From the NCBI GenBank assembly GCA_964016885.1, contig OZ024740.1:370574001-370638000 (forward strand): a DNA stretch of 64,000 bases. The letters are read 5' to 3'. Below the pieces are notes generated by a model. It worked only from the letters and a program-made list of their open reading frames with translations, was not told where the DNA came from and ran no database searches. This DNA comes from Eledone cirrhosa. Lineage: Eukaryota. Every line of letters starts with the position of its first letter. Position 1 is the stretch's first letter. Below, piece by piece: positions 60,423 to 64,000 of the stretch. Made by a program: the position numbers and the translations under genes.

Positions 60423-61082
60423 TAGAACCATCTGGAGCGCAATTAGGAAAACAAAATTAAAAACAAATGGAGGAATATGTTGAGATAGATGGCACAAAGG
60501 AATACTGGTGGAACCTGAAAATAAAAACTGGCACCAAATTAAAGCACAACCGGCCTGATATTGGTTTTTGGGACCACACATTGAAAACGTGCTCTGTTGT
60601 AGGAAAAATACAAGAGAACGAGGACGTCTACGAACCATTGATGAGGAGTTTCCAGATCCAGTATCCAAGATACACTTTCAGCTGGCAGTATCGGTAGAGG
60701 GTCGGACGCCATGCTTTGACGTATAGAGTTACGGCCCTTGCCATTCTGAGTTCAAATCCCGCCGAGGTTAACATTGCCTTTCATCCTTACGGGGTCGATA
60801 AAATAAAGTACCAGTAATGCACTGGGTAATTACTGGCCTTGTGCCAATCGTAGAAACAATTATTGGAGCTACAGGTTGTATACCAATCCGCTTGGACCAA
60901 AGTATAACTGAACTTGGATTTGTGGACCAAGAGCGCAGCTCCTTAATTCATATATTACAAATGGCTGCGATAGCTGGCAACTTCAAAATTTGCAAAACAT
61001 TCTTGCTATTCAAGGGATGATAATTTCTTTTCTTTTACAAACTTGCCACCAAAAATGTACTCGAAATTAAGAGAAAGAGAAA
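60423..61082 (+). mobile_element. 5'-truncated 3' fragment of the third RLE family, in (TACA)n
   Basis: Homologous to 58804-59350; ends gagaaagaga followed by (CATA)n. Confidence 0.88.
60683..60862 (+). mobile_element. SINE (main family) inserted into the RLE fragment
   Basis: Same family as 31332-31520. Confidence 0.88.
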
Positions 61083-61164
61083 CATACATACATACATAAG
61101 TACTACATACGTACATCCGTACGTAAGTACATACATACATTCATATATACATACATACATACAG

Positions 61165-64000
61165 TAAGAAACTTGACACCACCTGTACCATCTAAGTCTA
61201 CCTCGAATGCTGGGGAAAACACTATCGATAATAATAATCGAAAAAATTTGACAACACGTGTACCATCCGAGTCTACCTCGACTGTTGTGGAAAATGCTAT
61301 CGATAATGATAAAAATCAAAAGTATAAACAATTGAAAATTTCCCTCAACGAAATCTTCCAGAGAGAAATTAACTCATGTATAAATATCTGTCTTGCTGAA
61401 CGTATTAAAACGACAATGTTTAATAAGAAAAAACAAATAATTGTTTCTACTTTTGGCACAAGGCCAGCAATTATCCCAGTGTATTACTGGTACTTTATTT
61501 TATCGACCCCGTAAGGATGAAAGGCAAAGTTAACCTCGGCGGGATTTGAACTCAGACCATAAAGGGACGTAACTGTGCTGCAAAGCATGGCGTCCGACCC
61601 TCTACCGATACTGCCAATCCACCGCCCTCTGCCAATCCACCGCCCTAAGAAAAAACAAATAATGAAATATTACGTGTTATTGACGAAATAGGGGATGAAT
61701 ATAATATTTACGACGGATAAAAACCTCAACATTTTGGCAAATCAACGCCTGTTTATATGCCCTAGCAACGACGGTGAACCATTATCTTGGTGATAGCAGA
61801 GATATTAACAAGAATAGAACACCACCAAAAATACCATCATATATAATTAAATAGAAAAAAGGATTGCTGACCTACGAAAACACATAGGATATGTGACAAT
61901 GCTCCTTACATGCAAACAAACACACAAAAAACCTCACTTATCACCAACAAAGAGTGAAAAATAAAATAGAGACGATGTTTGGTAACAGTAGAACCAGAAC
62001 TCTCCAATATAAGTGATCACCCTCAAACAAGAATTGAGAGCTGTTAGCGAAAAACGCCGATACCTGAGAGAAAAGTGCTTAATAAAAGATTCAGACGAAA
62101 CCAAACATCAGTCACTGAGGCCCCATCCCAGAAAGACATAGATCCTTTTTGGAGAAAAATATGGGGTGAAAAGAAGAATTTCAACCAAGATGCAGTGTGG
62201 CTAAGAGAAATCCGAAAGAACTATTGCTCCTACACTACAACAAAAAGATACGAAATAAGTGAGAGTACCCTTGAGACTGTGATAGGAAAACTCCAAGATA
62301 AGAAAGCACCAGGAAGAGACATGATTGTCGGCTACTGGTACAAAAAAACTGATATTCTATCGGAGGTATCTTACTGACCTCTACCAACAAGTTCTTAAGG
62401 GGGATACACTTATACCAGAATGGTTGACATTAGCACAAACATTACTGATCCCCAAGAACAAAGACACCCACTTGGCAAAAAACTGCCGACCATTGCATGC
62501 CAGAGCCTGATGTATAAGATGTATACAGCCTGCCTGAACCTATTCCTCCAAGATCACTGTGAAAATAATAACATCATCACAGATGAACAAGCAGCTGGAA
62601 AGAAAGGGGTTTGGGGATGTGCTGAACAACTCCTAATCAACAAAACTGCGATGTCGGAGGTGCGACAACTTAGGAGGAATATGACTACAGTCTGGATGGA
62701 CTACAGGAAAGCTTTCGATTCTGTTCCCCACTCTTGGAGGATAGAGGCCCTCCAACTTGCTAAAGTCCCAGACATTATTGTCAGAGCCATAGAGAGGCTG
62801 TCTTCTTCTTGAGCTACTATCCTAAGGTTACAGACAGAGAGGGAGGACTCTATTTTCACTGATAAAATAAAATATTGCAGGGGTATATTTCAGGGGGACA
62901 GTCTCTCTGTGATATTATTCATCTTGTCATTAAATCCCTTGTCCTTTCTGCTCAAGAAATGTGAGGGATACATCATTGGCTCACAGAAGGGCATAAATAC
63001 GAACCTAACCCATAATTTCTTTGTGGACGATCTGAAACTCTATACCAAGAACATGGATGGGATGAAGAAAAATCTTGACCTGGTTACAATGTTCTCAAAG
63101 GATATAGGAATGGAGTTTGGCCAAGATAAATGCTCATACATGACTGTAAAGCGGAGGAAAACAACAACCCAATCTAGCAACATTGTCATCAATGGCTTAA
63201 CTGTTTCACCGATATCTAATGAGCACTGCTACAGATACCTGAGGATAGATGAGAACATATCCTATAATGGTATCTGTAATAAAGAACGCGTAACCAGGTA
63301 ATACTACACCCGATTAAGAAAGATCTGGTCATTGGAACTCACTGCGCAAAACAAAACAGTGGCTCACAATGTGTTTTCTGTGCCTGTCCTAACACAAACG
63401 TTTGGAATACTCAATTGGACGATAGAGGAAATCCGAGCAGTTGATATTGGAACTCGAAAAATACTGAACAACACCGGAAACTTCCACATCAACAGTGACA
63501 TAGACCGCCTTTACTTGAAACGTAAGCAGGGAGGCAGAGGCCTAACATCAGTCTAGACAACATTTGAATGTCGCATCATATCTCTCCGACAACATCTACG
63601 AACCTCGAAGCGGAGGAGCCCGTTTCTTGAGCAAGTCTATCTCCATGAAACAGATAAGATCATGAGAGTTGGGAAGGAACTGCTCGAGAGATATTCCCTG
63701 TGTGATAATCAAAATCTCACACCCAGGGATGTCGGTCAGCAGTATCGCAGTGAATCCATGGATGAAAAACTGCATGCTTATCAGCAAAAAATCATGCATG
63801 GATATGTTGCCAGGAAGCTCCAGAGTGAGAGTAATATAGATAAGGAAAGTAGTCTATCTTGGACTAACAACCGCTATATTGGCTCCCACTTTGAAGGATA
63901 CGCTTTTGCAATCCAGGAACAGGAGATTAACACGAAATACCTGATTCACAAAAGCGATAGGGATGCAGGCAAAACACCTAGATGTGATAACAAGTGCAGA
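61165..64000 (+). mobile_element. R4/Dong-type RLE element related to the third family, running off the window
   Basis: KKAPGRDMIVGYW, WMDYRKAFDSVPH, GIFQGDSLS, FFVDDLK, DIDRLYL..GGRGL, IQEQEI.TKYL; starts after a TACA-like tract. Confidence 0.9.
61442..61645 (-). mobile_element. SINE with an 18 bp TSD and duplicated 5' tip
   Basis: TSD taagaaaaaacaaataat at 61424-61441 and 61646-61663; gccaatccaccgccct present twice. Confidence 0.92.

Overview
Eukaryotic, AT-rich, microsatellite-dense DNA with no confidently identifiable host gene. The (TA)n/(CA)n/(TACA)n density and the SINE families suggest a cephalopod (Octopus-like); this is an inference. Most of the listed ORFs are translated microsatellites. 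The real coding content is retrotransposon-derived: a 5'-truncated Penelope-like element of Naiad type (RT thumb + GIY-YIG), two further Penelope remnants, several R4/Dong-type RLE non-LTR elements, and an RTE 3' fragment with three C2H2 fingers. There are also tRNA-derived SINEs and a head-to-head Helitron pair. The most striking pattern is a set of short non-coding elements lodged in (TA)n tracts, mostly in the first 19 kb and at 46-50 kb. They are built from tandem and fold-back repeats and carry about 20 minimal type I hammerhead ribozymes with short palindromic stem III. Covarying stems occur between families, a U3:A8 compensatory core recurs in three unrelated families, and one family keeps an upstream octamer module. 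These look like non-autonomous Penelope/Naiad-mobilised retrozyme-like elements. A second pattern at 52-64 kb is a (TACA)n-associated set of RLE elements interleaved with bipartite non-autonomous RTE derivatives that have (ATGT)n tails.
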